Shown here: positions 1-10,718 of the stretch, piece after piece
Layout: each line of letters starts with the position of its first letter
Position numbering within the stretch: position 1 is the first letter of the stretch
Source of the DNA: an uncultured virus (IMG/VR IMGVR_UViG_2724679122_000005)
Lineage: Duplodnaviria; Heunggongvirae; Uroviricota; Caudoviricetes
Length of the DNA stretch: 35,587 bases
IMG/VR virus record: IMGVR_UViG_2724679122_000005
Reading direction: 5' to 3' (one strand)
Notes under the pieces: model-generated
Told to the model about the DNA's origin: nothing
Database searches by the model: none
Seen by the model: the letters and a program-made list of their open reading frames with translations, nothing else
Made by a program: the position numbers and the translations under genes

Positions 1-288
1 GCTGCAATGGACCTATATGGCATAGATCGGGCTGAAGCGCTTGAACTCTTTATGCAGCCTAAGGGCAAAATTACTTTTTTATCTTCACGGTTAAAACTTT
101 TAAATCCGCTACCCATGCCCAAGGAAGGCTGCATAGTCGCCTTCCATCCGAGACAAAGAAATAAGCCCCCGCATGTGGGGCTTTTTCGTGGGCAAAAGAT
201 TCTTCACCTCATGGAAAGCGGAGTCACTTATTTGCCTGAAGAGGTTGTGATGGAAATGGGGTTTAATCGGGTCAGTTATTATGATTAA
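1..288 (+). CDS. NlpC/P60-like tail assembly protein (lambda gpK-like), 5'-truncated, allele 1
   Basis: Clear homolog of 3768..4130 (LKLLNPLPMPKEGCIVAFH, PPHVGLFR); begins at the window edge. Confidence 0.75.
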   Translation, partial: AAMDLYGIDRAEALELFMQPKGKITFLSSRLKLLNPLPMPKEGCIVAFHPRQRNKPPHVGLFRGQKILHLMESGVTYLPEEVVMEMGFNRVSYYD

Positions 289-909
289 AGTTATTTATAA
301 AAAAAGACGCTTTGTCTGAAGAAAAGACAATTGAGCAGGCTCAAACCATTGGGCAATGGCTCACTTCAAAATATGAACATATGCCTGAGCATGTCCGTAT
401 CTTTCATACTACAAGCAATATGGATCATGCCGAAATTTCATTTGCGAATGAAGTCACACCAAAGAATGCATATGACTTAAAGCAGCTTGATTTCTTACCG
501 GGCACTTTTATCGTAGTTGAGAACCCTAAATGGGTCGCGGCTATTGTTTCGATTGTGATTAGTATTGCGATCGCATTTTTAATGCCAACGCCATCAATAG
601 CACAAACGACTCAAAATACTAACCAGTCTTCTTCAGCAAACAATGAACTTTCTAACCGGGAAAACAAGATCCGGGTGAATGGTCGTATTGCTGATAACTA
701 TGGAGCTGGGTGGAATACTCCCGACCTAATCGCAGTACCTTACAAGGTATATGAAAACAACGTTGAAGTTGAGCATGTAGTGGGCTGTATTGGGCGTGGA
801 CACTATAAAATCAATAGAGCTTATGACGGTGAAACCAATATTGTCGATATTGCTGGCGCATCGGTAGAAGTCTTTCGACCAGGTGTAGATATTGTTTCAG
901 GTTAACCAT
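281..909 (+). CDS. Tail tip/host-specificity protein (J-like), N-terminal part, allele 1
   Basis: ATG at 281 overlaps the upstream stop, as in the homolog at 4123. One extra A in the A7 run (299-305) shifts the frame. Highly similar to 4123..4771 and ends at the same point. Confidence 0.75.
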
Positions 910-1009
910 NNNNNNNNNNNNNNNNNNNNNNNNNNNNNNNNNNNNNNNNNNNNNNNNNNNNNNNNNNNNNNNNNNNNNNNNNNNNNNNNNNNNNNNNNNN
1001 NNNNNNNNN

Positions 1010-1064
1010 GTTATCGGGATAGTCTCTCAGAATATTGACTCTCCGACAAACCCGGTACGGTTCA
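1010..1064 (-). mobile_element. Terminal inverted repeat (probably left end) of an IS3-family, IS51-group element (ISAba2-like)
   Basis: Minus strand reads TGAACCGTACCGGGTTTGTCGGAGAGTCAATATTCTGAGAGACTATCCCG: TG terminus and TGAACCG...GGAGA pattern of IS51-group ends. The contig breaks here, as expected for a repeated IS. Confidence 0.75.
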
Positions 1065-1578
1065 TAGTGTCATGCGCCGTGCAATGATGAGCTCTAGTGC
1101 CTTTATAGAAAGCCAAAAGCAAGCTGACATCTTTAATCAACCGGTTCAAGATACTCAGATTATCTATAAAGGTAATAGAGACACACCTAAGTTAGCGTCT
1201 TCGGCAAATTCCGACTTATTCCATGATGGCAAGGTCTACTTCTCATCTAATGGTTTAGTTCAGGATCGTTCAAATCTGGATGATGTTCAGGATTTTACTT
1301 TAGGACGTACTTCACGCCCTCAAGCTGAAATTATGCCTTCAATTGAGCCTGCTTCACCGACAATCAATTTTAAAATTGAAGTGATTAATCAGGTGAGTGG
1401 TGCGACAGTTGAAGCCGAACAACTGGATGAGCAAACTGTCCGGATCATTGTTAAAGATGAATTGGATAAGCAGCTTCCAAGAACGGTACCTAAGCTTGTA
1501 AGTGATCAAATCGCAAATCCAAACTCAACCATTAGTCGGTCTTTGACTGAGAATACGACAGCAAGACGGAATCGTTAA
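1065..1578 (+). pseudogene. C-terminal part of tape measure protein, interrupted by the IS
   Basis: C-terminus INFKIEVINQVSGATVE...QIANPNSTISRSL resembles TMP ends. It lies upstream of the distal tail genes, and the upstream in-frame TGA (1036-1038) is inside the IS end. Confidence 0.65.
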
Positions 1579-1581
1579 TTT

Positions 1582-1609
1582 AAAAGCTACCTTTAGAGGT
1601 AGCTTTTTT
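1582..1609 (+). terminator. Intrinsic terminator, possibly bidirectional
   Basis: AAAAGCTACCT-TTAG-AGGTAGCTTTTTT. Confidence 0.85.
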
Positions 1610-1653
1610 AAATAAATTAGGACAAAATTTCAAAAAAATTGGTGAATATTCTT

Positions 1654-2406
1654 ATGCTTCCTCCAGTTCCTAAAACTAAGTCATCAGAAGTAACCGATAT
1701 TATTAACTCTGCTGTTCCTACTGGATCGATAAGTGAATTTCAGTATTTTAGATGTAAACGGTTGCTTAATGATATTAAAGAAACTGAGCCATTAGATTGG
1801 TTTTTATTAAGCAATAGTATTATTGAAATGTATTTTGATAATCCTGTTCTTGCGCATCAATACGCTCGAGAAGTACTGAAAATTAGCAATAGTGTATCGA
1901 TTTTATCGAATCTTTATTTTGTTTTTCTTAGCTCAGTAGATTTTTCTGGCGCTAATGAAAATATTGATAAAATTATTAGTTTGTGTAGTAAACAAAATTT
2001 ACCCTTAGAAAGTTTTATTCCTATAGACTTCAAACCTATAACTTATTTTCTAGACGGAATTTTAAATGATGATTTAAATTATTATAAAAGATTGAAAAAG
2101 GAAGACTTTAATGAATTTATTCAGCTTTTTGAAATTAAAAATAAACTAGAAATTGATTCTAGTGTCTTGAAACATATCGGTTCAATTCTTTTTAAATGCT
2201 TTAACTCTAGGAATGTTAGGTGCCGAAAATATGAATATAGTTTTATTGATGATGAATTTTTGATATTGCTTTATGTCGATAGAAGTTTTGATGAGATTGA
2301 TGCCATGAATTCAGAAATATTTAGTAAATGCTATGATGAGGGCTTAATTGATGAACTGAATAAACTTTCATATTTTATTATTCCTTATGAAGTGGGCGTG
2401 GATTGA
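1654..2406 (+). CDS. Hypothetical protein with TPR-like N-terminal helices and an acidic alpha/beta C-terminal domain; partner of the HEPN gene
   Basis: AT-rich ORF with ATG at 1654 after GGTG. LSNSIIEMYFDNPVLAHQYAREVLKI...ILSNLYFVFLSSVDFSGANENIDKII has TPR-like spacing. Stop is 3 nt from the next ATG. Confidence 0.6.
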   Translation: MLPPVPKTKSSEVTDIINSAVPTGSISEFQYFRCKRLLNDIKETEPLDWFLLSNSIIEMYFDNPVLAHQYAREVLKISNSVSILSNLYFVFLSSVDFSGANENIDKIISLCSKQNLPLESFIPIDFKPITYFLDGILNDDLNYYKRLKKEDFNEFIQLFEIKNKLEIDSSVLKHIGSILFKCFNSRNVRCRKYEYSFIDDEFLILLYVDRSFDEIDAMNSEIFSKCYDEGLIDELNKLSYFIIPYEVGVD

Positions 2407-2409
2407 AAA

Positions 2410-2802
2410 ATGGCTACTACAGATACTCTAAATTACTGTTATGAGCTATTAGGTAATTCCACAAAATATGATGAATGCCACAAAAGGAATATTATAGGGC
2501 GTGCTTATTACCATGCTTTTTATGAAGTCCGGCATCATTTAGAACAACGACTATTATGGCCAGTAACAAACACAAAATGTGGAGCTCATGAAAAAGTCTA
2601 TAGCAGACTTAGTGGTTACCCTGCGGGTTCAACGTCTGTAATGATTCAGAAAAGAGCTGCTGAAATCAAAAATCGAATACAAAAATTAAAGAGGTTTAGA
2701 ACAACAGCTGACTATCATCTTCACCTAACGATTTCAAATAAATTAATAAACTATATTTTACATGAATCTAGTCAGATATCTGAAGAAATATCAAGACTTT
2801 AG
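2410..2802 (+). CDS. HEPN-domain protein (UPF0332-like), putative RNase toxin
   Basis: IIGRAYYHAFY matches the SRAYYAAF motif; also GAHEKV and RTTADYH (RxxxDY / Rx5H); 130 aa, predicted helical. Confidence 0.8.
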   Translation: MATTDTLNYCYELLGNSTKYDECHKRNIIGRAYYHAFYEVRHHLEQRLLWPVTNTKCGAHEKVYSRLSGYPAGSTSVMIQKRAAEIKNRIQKLKRFRTTADYHLHLTISNKLINYILHESSQISEEISRL

Positions 2803-2821
2803 TTGTTAAAGATACTTTTAT

Positions 2822-2848
2822 ACCGACCCATTATGAGGTCGGTTTTTT
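2822..2848 (+). terminator. Intrinsic terminator closing the HEPN cassette
   Basis: ACCGACC-CATTATGA-GGTCGGT-TTTTT. Confidence 0.8.
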
Positions 2849-2866
2849 ATTGACTAAAGGAAAGTT

Positions 2867-3265
2867 ATGTACAAGTTAAAGCTAAATCCTCAGACCAGCG
2901 GCTATGGCGTAACACCGGGTGATGATGTGAAACGTCAGCAGATGGATGGCGGTCGTGGTCGCTATTACATCGATGTGAAACGTAACAGCCACATTGTTGA
3001 TGTGAACTGGAACTTAAGTAAAACAGATTTCAATAAAATGATGGCTTTCTGGCGGATCTATCAGAATAAGCCAGCTTCATTCTATGCAGACTTGGTGATT
3101 GATCAGGGAACACGTCAGCAATATTTATGTAACTTCATTCCCAACTCGTTCAAGACCAATGAAGTGAATGGCAACCTTTACCGGGTAAATGCACAGCTCG
3201 AAGTTGTTCAAAACCAGCCTAACCTTATCGCTGATCAGGCACTTATCAAAGATTGGGAGGTCTAA
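2867..3265 (+). CDS. Minor/distal tail protein (gpM-like position)
   Basis: RBS AAGGAA; VKRQQMDGGRGRYY motif; first structural gene after the TMP. Confidence 0.65.
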   Translation: MYKLKLNPQTSGYGVTPGDDVKRQQMDGGRGRYYIDVKRNSHIVDVNWNLSKTDFNKMMAFWRIYQNKPASFYADLVIDQGTRQQYLCNFIPNSFKTNEVNGNLYRVNAQLEVVQNQPNLIADQALIKDWEV

Positions 3266-3771
3266 TGGATAACGAATATGCCAAATTCTTTTTCAATCGA
3301 AAAGTAGATGTTTATCAACTGGAATGTATTGAACTATCACACCCTTCTTTTATGAATACTTACCGGGTGGTACGTAATGATGACCGTGGAGTGTATGTTC
3401 AGCACAATGAAGGCGCGGGGCAAGTATTTTACGAATACCTACCAATGACAATTCAAAGATCCGGAATGCTCGGTGATTTGGACCAAACTTTGACCGTTTC
3501 AATTTCTGGACTTGGTGACATTTTGCCGGATGAGTTTGAACGGGTAATAGAAGGTCAATTTCCGGATGTAAAACCAACAGTTAATTATCGGCTTTATAGT
3601 TCAGATAATTTAAATACACCGATGCATTATCTGCTTGGCTTACAACTCGCCGGTGTTTCAATGAACCATAAAGCTGTGACGTTCAAAGCTGAATCTCCAC
3701 GATTAAATACCGCTAAAACTGGAGATATCTTTGCACTAGACCGCTTTACTGGTCTCAAGGGGGCTATATGA
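3265..3771 (+). CDS. Minor tail protein (DUF1833/gpL-like)
   Basis: TAATG overlap with RBS GGAGG; LECIELSHPSF...YRVVRND motif; synteny. Confidence 0.7.
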   Translation: MDNEYAKFFFNRKVDVYQLECIELSHPSFMNTYRVVRNDDRGVYVQHNEGAGQVFYEYLPMTIQRSGMLGDLDQTLTVSISGLGDILPDEFERVIEGQFPDVKPTVNYRLYSSDNLNTPMHYLLGLQLAGVSMNHKAVTFKAESPRLNTAKTGDIFALDRFTGLKGAI

Positions 3772-4130
3772 AAAGTCATGATCATTTGCTTGATAGACAA
3801 TATGACGAGGAAAACTACAACTGTGTTCATTTTGCTCATGAAGCTGCATTGGATCTATATGGAATAGACCGGGCGGAAGCACTTGAATTTTTTATGAAGC
3901 CTATTAAAGAAAAGGTATTTCTACCATCAAGGTTAAAACTTTTAAATCCACTGCCCATGCCCAAGGAAGGCTGCATAGTCGCCTTTCACTCGAGATACCG
4001 AAACAACCCCCCACATGTGGGGCTTTTTCGTTTGGGGCGTATTTTGCATTTGCAGGAATCAGGCGTTTCATGGATGCCAATTCAAGTCGTTCAAGCATTT
4101 GGATTTAATCGTGTGAGTTTCTATGATTAA
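3768..4130 (+). CDS. NlpC/P60-like tail assembly protein (gpK-like), allele 2
   Basis: YNCVHFA (catalytic Cys), HVGL (His) and ILHL motifs; ATGA overlap. Confidence 0.8.
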   Translation: MKSHDHLLDRQYDEENYNCVHFAHEAALDLYGIDRAEALEFFMKPIKEKVFLPSRLKLLNPLPMPKEGCIVAFHSRYRNNPPHVGLFRLGRILHLQESGVSWMPIQVVQAFGFNRVSFYD

Positions 4131-4771
4131 GATTATTTATAAACAAGACCCTTTATCCGAAGACAAAACAATTGAACACGCCGAAACTTTGGGTCAATGG
4201 CTTACTTCAAAATATGACCATATGCCTGAGCATGTCCGTATTTTTCATACCATAAGCAATATGGATCATGCGGAAATTTCATTTGCGAATGAAGTCACAC
4301 CGAAGAATGCATATGAATTAAAGCAGCTCGATTTCTTGCCAGGCACTTTCATTGTAATTGAGAATCCCAAGGGTATAGACCCCATAACTCTAGCTTGGAT
4401 AGCGGTTGCTTCTATAGTTATGGGTGTGGCTGTTGCATTATTAATGCCTGTGCCCTCAATTACCCAAACCAACCAGAATAACAATCAATCCTCGTCTGCA
4501 AATAACGAATTATCAAACCGTGAAAATAAAACTCGCGTAAATGGTCGTATCGCAGATATTTATGGTGCCGCTCACGATACCCCTGATCTGATTACTGTGC
4601 CTTACAAGGTATATGAAAACAATGTCGAAGTAGAGCATGTTGTTGGTTGTATTGGTCGTGGTCACTATAAAATTAACGGTGCATATGATGGTGAAACCAA
4701 CATTGTTGATATTGCCGGCGCATCGGTAGAAGTCTTTCGACCAGGTGTAGATATTGTTTCAGGTGAGCCAT
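4123..4771 (+). CDS. Tail tip protein J-like, N-terminal part, allele 2 (runs into gap)
   Basis: Hydrophobic gpI-like segment, then NELSNRENKTRVNGRIADIYG...PDL motif of J-type N-termini. Confidence 0.75.
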
Positions 4772-4871
4772 NNNNNNNNNNNNNNNNNNNNNNNNNNNNN
4801 NNNNNNNNNNNNNNNNNNNNNNNNNNNNNNNNNNNNNNNNNNNNNNNNNNNNNNNNNNNNNNNNNNNNNNN

Positions 4872-7294
4872 CAAAGATCAGTTCAATAGGTGAAAAATGG
4901 ATTGGTCCATTCATTCTGGACAATGTCGAACGAAGTCGGGTGCTGTGTAATTTTGTGGCCACCAATGGACTTTACACAGTTTCTTCAGGTGGAAATCAGG
5001 GAGCTGTAAACGTCACGATTGAAGTTGAAGTAACCCCGGTTAATGAATCTGGTGCAGCCATTGGCAATCCAATGCTGAAGCAGATCATCCTAAAGGGTTC
5101 AGCAAAGTCACGTCAGACAGTTGGTGCAACGCTGGATATGGTGACATTTCAAGGTCGCTGTAGTGTCCGCGCACGCCGTTTAACACCAACACCGGCGGTT
5201 ACAACGGTAGTAGATGAAGTAAAGTGGCAGGCGCTTTACGGTGCTTATCCTTTACAAAGCACAGTGTATGAGCATGAAACGGTTTTTCGTGCGCGTACTT
5301 ATGCAACCACTGGAGCTTTATCTGTTAAATCACGCAAGATCAATTTTGATCTTCAGCGGATGTTGCCGACTTATAAAAACGGCGCAATGACGACAGAGCT
5401 ATTCCCAACATCAAGCTTTGCTGATGCACTGGTTTCAATGGCACTGGATGACAAGATTGGTCGCCGTACGATCGACGAAATAGATCTGGAAAATATCTAC
5501 CGAACTTATAACGATGTAGTTGATTATTTTGGAACACCACTAGCGGCTGAGTTCTGCACCACAATTGATGATACAAACCTGTCTTTTGAAGAGCTGGTCA
5601 CCAATCTTTGTGATGCAGTGTTTTGTACCGCTTATCGACAAAACAACAAGCTCAAGCTTTATTTTGAACGGCCAACTGATAACTCGGTAATGCTGTTTAA
5701 CTTCAGGAATATCATTCCAGATAGTTACAAGCATGATCTGACCTTTGGTGTGATGGATGACTACGATGGACTGATCTATGAATACACGGATCCGACCGAC
5801 GATAGCCGTATCAATATCTATTTGCCAGACAAAGGAGCAAAGAACCCCAAAGAAGTGAAGTCTGTTGGTGTACGGAACAAGTGGCAAGCTCATTTCAATG
5901 CTTACCGGCTCTGGAATAAGCTTCGGTTTCAACGTAAATCCATTACCTTTGATGCGGCACCAGAATCAGAATTACTGGTTTTACGTGACCGGATTGCTGT
6001 AGCGGATTATCGCAATGGTATTCATCAAAGCGGTGAGGTGGTGCAGCAAGAGGGTTTAATCCTGACTTTAAGCCATGATGTAGATTTTATTGCAGGCAAG
6101 AGTTATGTGATTTATTTGCAAATGGGGGATGGTACCGTGGACCTTATTCCTGTTACCGCAGGATCTGCCAAGAACAAGGTAGTTTTAGGCCGATTACCGA
6201 ACGGTGCATTAAAGCTAAGTCCTGATGATTTTGTGAATACTATCTATACGGTGGTTAATGACGATACCAAAGGCTCACTGCCTTATCTGGTTGCAAAAAG
6301 AGAACCGGCTGACCAGTTCTCTAATACCATTACTGCAATTAATTACGATGAACGTTATTACCTCAATGACAAGGACTTTATTGACGTGCCGGTAGATGAT
6401 TCACCGATTTACATTCGATATGACCAGCTAGATATAAATCTGGCTCGTTTGTATCAAATGCAAAGAGGGGATTTGCCAACGACTGGAGAAATCAGTTTTG
6501 TAGTTGAAGCAGGTGCACTGGTTTCAAGTTCAAGTTCTTATCGACCGGAAACCAGATTTGTCTATAAATTCGACTATAAGTCTAGTCCTGCAAAACGAGA
6601 GTATATCGTTCCAGCTGCATCAGAATTACCTGCTATTGATACTGGTGAGTTCCCACCTGATCTCGTGGTAAATTTGACTATTAAAGGTGCTGTTGTTGGA
6701 CGTGGTGGAGATGGCGGGTTGCCACATCTAGCTTACGGAGATTGGGAAAAAGATTCTGACTTCAATTTTACCAAAACCCGCCGTGATGGGTTTCAGGGAG
6801 CACCCGGTTTGTTGAACCGGCACAGCAAACTAAACCTGATTATCGATGGAGGGACGTTAGCTCGAGGCGGCTCAGGTGGTGGAGCAACACCAAGTGGTAT
6901 TTACACTGGATCATCTTATGGGGTTCAGGGAATTCCCGGTGGTGCTGGAGCACCATTTGGTCGGGTCATGACTGGACAGCCGATTTCAAATGACTCACAA
7001 GATTATCGCCTCTATCTGGAGAGTTATTTATTGGTTATGAAAATCACTGATGCTGAAGCTTCGGTACCCGGTAAAGGTTATCGAACCCAAAATGACCGTT
7101 ATGGATCTCCATTATCAGGCGATGGCGGAAACTGGGGCGAACGTGGTACCAAGTCCACCAATGATGGAACATGGAATTGGCAATACCATGGCACAACTGA
7201 AGGTCAGCCGGGGCCGGGTGGACCTGCAATTGTTGGGGTGGCACCGCTAACAACTCAATTGATTAACGGAGGGAAAATCTTACAAACCCTTTAA
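4872..7294 (+). CDS. Tail tip/host-specificity protein J-like, central and C-terminal part, allele A
   Basis: Long ORF with ITAINYDERYY motif and a Gly-rich adhesin-like C-terminus; 5' end in the gap. Confidence 0.8.
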
Positions 7295-7310
7295 ACTTTA
7301 AAAAAACTTT

Positions 7311-7336
7311 GAGCACCCAATTCGGGTGCTTTTTTT
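7311..7336 (+). terminator. Intrinsic terminator
   Basis: GAGCACCC-AATTC-GGGTGCTT-TTTTT. Confidence 0.85.
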
Positions 7337-7460
7337 ATTGTCTGAAATATCTGGAGAAATNNNNNNNNNNNNNNNNNNNNNNNNNNNNNNNNNNNNNNNN
7401 NNNNNNNNNNNNNNNNNNNNNNNNNNNNNNNNNNNNNNNNNNNNNNNNNNNNNNNNNNNN

Positions 7461-9883
7461 CAAAGATCAGTTCAATAGGTGAAAAATGGATTGGTCCATT
7501 CATTCTGGACAATGTTGAACGTAGCCGGGTGCTGTGTAATTTTGTGGCCACCAATGGACTTTATACCGTTTCTTCAGGTGGGTATCAGGCCGCTGTTAAT
7601 GTCACGATTGAAGTTGAAGTAACACCGGTAAATGAATCTGGTGCAGCGATTGGTAATCCGATGCTGAAGCAGATCATTTTGAAAGGTTCGGCAAAGTCAC
7701 GTCAGACCGTTGGTGCAACACTTGATATGGTCACGTTTCAGGGGCGTTGTAGTGTCCGTGCACGCCGTTTAACTCCGACTCCGACAGTCACAACAGTTGT
7801 TGATGAAGTAAAGTGGCAGGCGCTTTACGGTGCTTATCCTTTACAAAGCACAGTGTATGAACATGAAACGGTTTTTCGTGCGCGTACTTATGCAACCACT
7901 GGAGCTTTATCTGTTAAGTCCCGCAAGATCAATTTTGATCTTCAGCGAATGTTGCCGACTTATAAAAACGGGGCAATGACAACAGAGCTATATCCAACGT
8001 CTAGCTTTGCTGATGCTTTGGTATCTATGGCACTCGATGACAAGATTGGCCGCCGTTCGATCGATGAGATTGATCTTGAAAACATCTATCGGACCTATAA
8101 TGATGTAGTTGATTATTTTGGTACGCCGCTAGCGGCTGAGTTCTGTACTACCATTGATGATACGAATCTATCTTTTGAAGAGCTGGTTACCAATCTTTGT
8201 GATGCGGTGTTTTGTACTGCATATCGGCAAAACAATAAGCTCAAGCTTTATTTTGAACGGCCAACTGATAACTCGGTAATGCTGTTTAACTTCAGGAATA
8301 TCATTCCGGATAGTTACAAGCATGACCTGACCTTTGGCGTGATGGATGACTACGACGGACTGATCTATGAATACACGGATCCGACCGACGATAGCCGTAT
8401 CAATATCTATTTACCGGATAAAGGAGCCAAAAACCCAAAAGAGGTGAAATCTGTTGGTGTACGAAACAAGTGGCAAGCGCATTTCAATGCATACCGGATT
8501 TGGAACAAGATGCGCTTCCAGCGCAAATCCATTACCTTTGATGCGGCACCAGAATCAGAATTACTGGTTTTACGTGACCGGATTGCTGTAGCGGATTATC
8601 GCAATGGTATTCATCAAAGCGGTGAGGTGGTACAGCAAGAAGGTTTAGTCCTCACCTTAAGCCATGATGTAGATTTCATTGCAGGCAAGAGCTATGTGAT
8701 TTATCTGCAAATGGCGGATGGCACAGTGGACCTGATTCCTGTTACACCGGGTTCAGCCAAAAATAAGGTGGTTTTAGGGCGGTTGCCGAACGGGGCCTTA
8801 AAGCTAAGTCCTGATGATTTTGTAAATACCATCTATACAGTAGTTAATGATGATACTAAAGGTTCATTGCCTTATCTGGTTGCAAAAAGAGAACCGGTTG
8901 ACCAGTTCTCTAATACTATTACAGCAATTAATTACGATGAGCGCTATTACCTCAACGATAAAGACTTTATTGACGTGCCGGTTGATGATTCTCCAATTTA
9001 CATTCGATATGACCAGCTGGATATTAATCTGGCGCGTTTATATCAGATGCAAAGAGGGGATTTGCCAACGACTGGCGAAATCAGTTTTGTAGTTGAATCT
9101 GGTGCACTAGTTTCTAGTTCGAGTTCTTATCGACCGGAAACCAGATTTGTCTATAAATTCGACTACAACTCCAGTCCGCCGAAACAGGAATTTATTGCCC
9201 CTGCAGCGACTGAACTACCCGCCATTGATACTGGTGAGTTCCCACCTGATCTGGTGGTAAATCTGACTATTAAAGGTGCTGTTGTTGGGCGTGGTGGTGA
9301 TGGCGGTTTACCTCATTTGGCATTTGGCGCATGGGAGTCCGATCCGGATTACAACTTTACTAAAACCCGACGTGATGGGTTTCAGGGAGCACCCGGTTTA
9401 TTGAACCGGCACAGCAAACTAAACCTGATTATTGATGGCGGCACTCTAGCTCGAGGTGGATCTGGTGGTGGAGCAACACCAAGCGGTATTTACACTGGGT
9501 TGTCTTATGGTGTTCAAGGTATTCCGGGTGGAGCTGGTGCACCATTTGGACGGGTCATGACAGGCCAGCCAATTTCAAGCGACTCACAAGATTGGCGCTG
9601 GTATTTTGGAAGTTACTTCAATGTCTTAAAAATTACTGATGCCGAAGCTTCGGTACCCGGAAAAGGCTACCGAACCCAAAATGACCGTTATGGATCCCCA
9701 TTATCAGGTGATGGCGGAAACTGGGGCGAACGTGGTACCAAGTCTACTAATGATGGAACATGGAACTGGAAATACCATGGCACAACTGAAGGTCAGCCGG
9801 GGCCAGGTGGACCTGCAATTGTGGGAGTTGCACCACTGACAACTCAATTGATTAATGGAGGGAAAATCTTACAAACCCTTTAA
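7461..9883 (+). CDS. Tail tip/host-specificity protein J-like, central and C-terminal part, allele B
   Basis: Colinear near-duplicate of 4872..7294 with the same contig start and end sequences. Confidence 0.8.
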
Positions 9884-9899
9884 ACCTTATAAGAACTTT

Positions 9900-9924
9900 G
9901 AGCACCCAATTCGGGTGCTTTTTT
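9900..9924 (+). terminator. Intrinsic terminator
   Basis: GAGCACCC-AATTC-GGGTGCTT-TTTT. Confidence 0.85.
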
Positions 9925-10048
9925 ATTACCTAAAATATCTGGAGAAATNNNNNNNNNNNNNNNNNNNNNNNNNNNNNNNNNNNNNNNNNNNNNNNNNNNN
10001 NNNNNNNNNNNNNNNNNNNNNNNNNNNNNNNNNNNNNNNNNNNNNNNN

Positions 10049-10131
10049 TTATAGATAAACAGGAAGGTAAAACGATCGTTGAAGTGATCAAAGAGTTTAA
10101 GAAAGCCAGAAAAGACATTGAAAACAGCTAA
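10049..10131 (+). CDS. Probable holin, C-terminal fragment
   Basis: Reads IDKQEGKTIVEVIKEFKKARKDIENS*, a charged tail directly upstream of the endolysin. Confidence 0.55.
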
Positions 10132-10132
10132 T

Positions 10133-10153
10133 GCCGCCTTCGGGCGGTTTTTT
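10133..10153 (+). terminator. Terminator-like hairpin with C(UUCG)G loop between holin and endolysin
   Basis: GCCGCC-TTCG-GGCGGT-TTTTT. Confidence 0.8.
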
Positions 10154-10172
10154 ACATCTGAAGGAAACCGAA

Positions 10173-10718
10173 ATGAACATTGAACAATATCTGGACGAGT
10201 TAATTAAGCGTGAGGGCGGGTACGTAAACAACCCAGCAGATCGAGGCGGTGAAACAAAGTACGGTATTACTGAAGCAGTAGCACGTACTAACGGCTTTAA
10301 GGGCAACATGAAAGATTTACCGCTTGATGTGGCCAAAGCCATTTATAAAAAGCAGTATTGGACAGATCCGCGATTTGATCAAGTGAATGTAATTAGCTCG
10401 TTAGTTGCTGAAGAGCTTTTAGATACTGGGGTAAATTGCGGTACCGGATTTGCAAAACCACTCTTACAGCGTGCTTTAAATTTGCTGAATAACCAAGGTA
10501 AAGCAGGTTGGCCAGATTTAACAGTTGACGGAATTTATGGTCCAGCAACTCTTAATGCACTCAAAACTTATCTGGCCAAGCGTGGAAAAGACGGCGAAAA
10601 AGTCCTGGTGCGTGTTCTTAATATCATGCAAGGGCAACGTTACATTGAAATCTGTGAACGCAATCCTAGCCAGGAACAGTTTTTCTATGGTTGGATCGCC
10701 AATCGAGTTGTTATATGA
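10173..10718 (+). CDS. Endolysin, glycoside hydrolase family 108 with C-terminal peptidoglycan-binding domain
   Basis: EGGYVNNPADRGGETKYGIT (EGGY motif), VDGIYGPAT, FFYGWIANRV; RBS AAGGA before ATG 10173. Confidence 0.92.
   Translation: MNIEQYLDELIKREGGYVNNPADRGGETKYGITEAVARTNGFKGNMKDLPLDVAKAIYKKQYWTDPRFDQVNVISSLVAEELLDTGVNCGTGFAKPLLQRALNLLNNQGKAGWPDLTVDGIYGPATLNALKTYLAKRGKDGEKVLVRVLNIMQGQRYIEICERNPSQEQFFYGWIANRVVI

Noticed and set aside
903..905. Premature TAA in J allele 1
   Set aside because: It lies 4 nt from the contig end where the homolog has GAG; probably a low-quality terminus
4872..9883. Diversity-generating retroelement or tandem duplication explaining the two J copies
   Set aside because: Differences are spread over silent sites and are not adenine-specific. 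There is no reverse transcriptase, and the shared contig ends indicate allelic assembly bubbles
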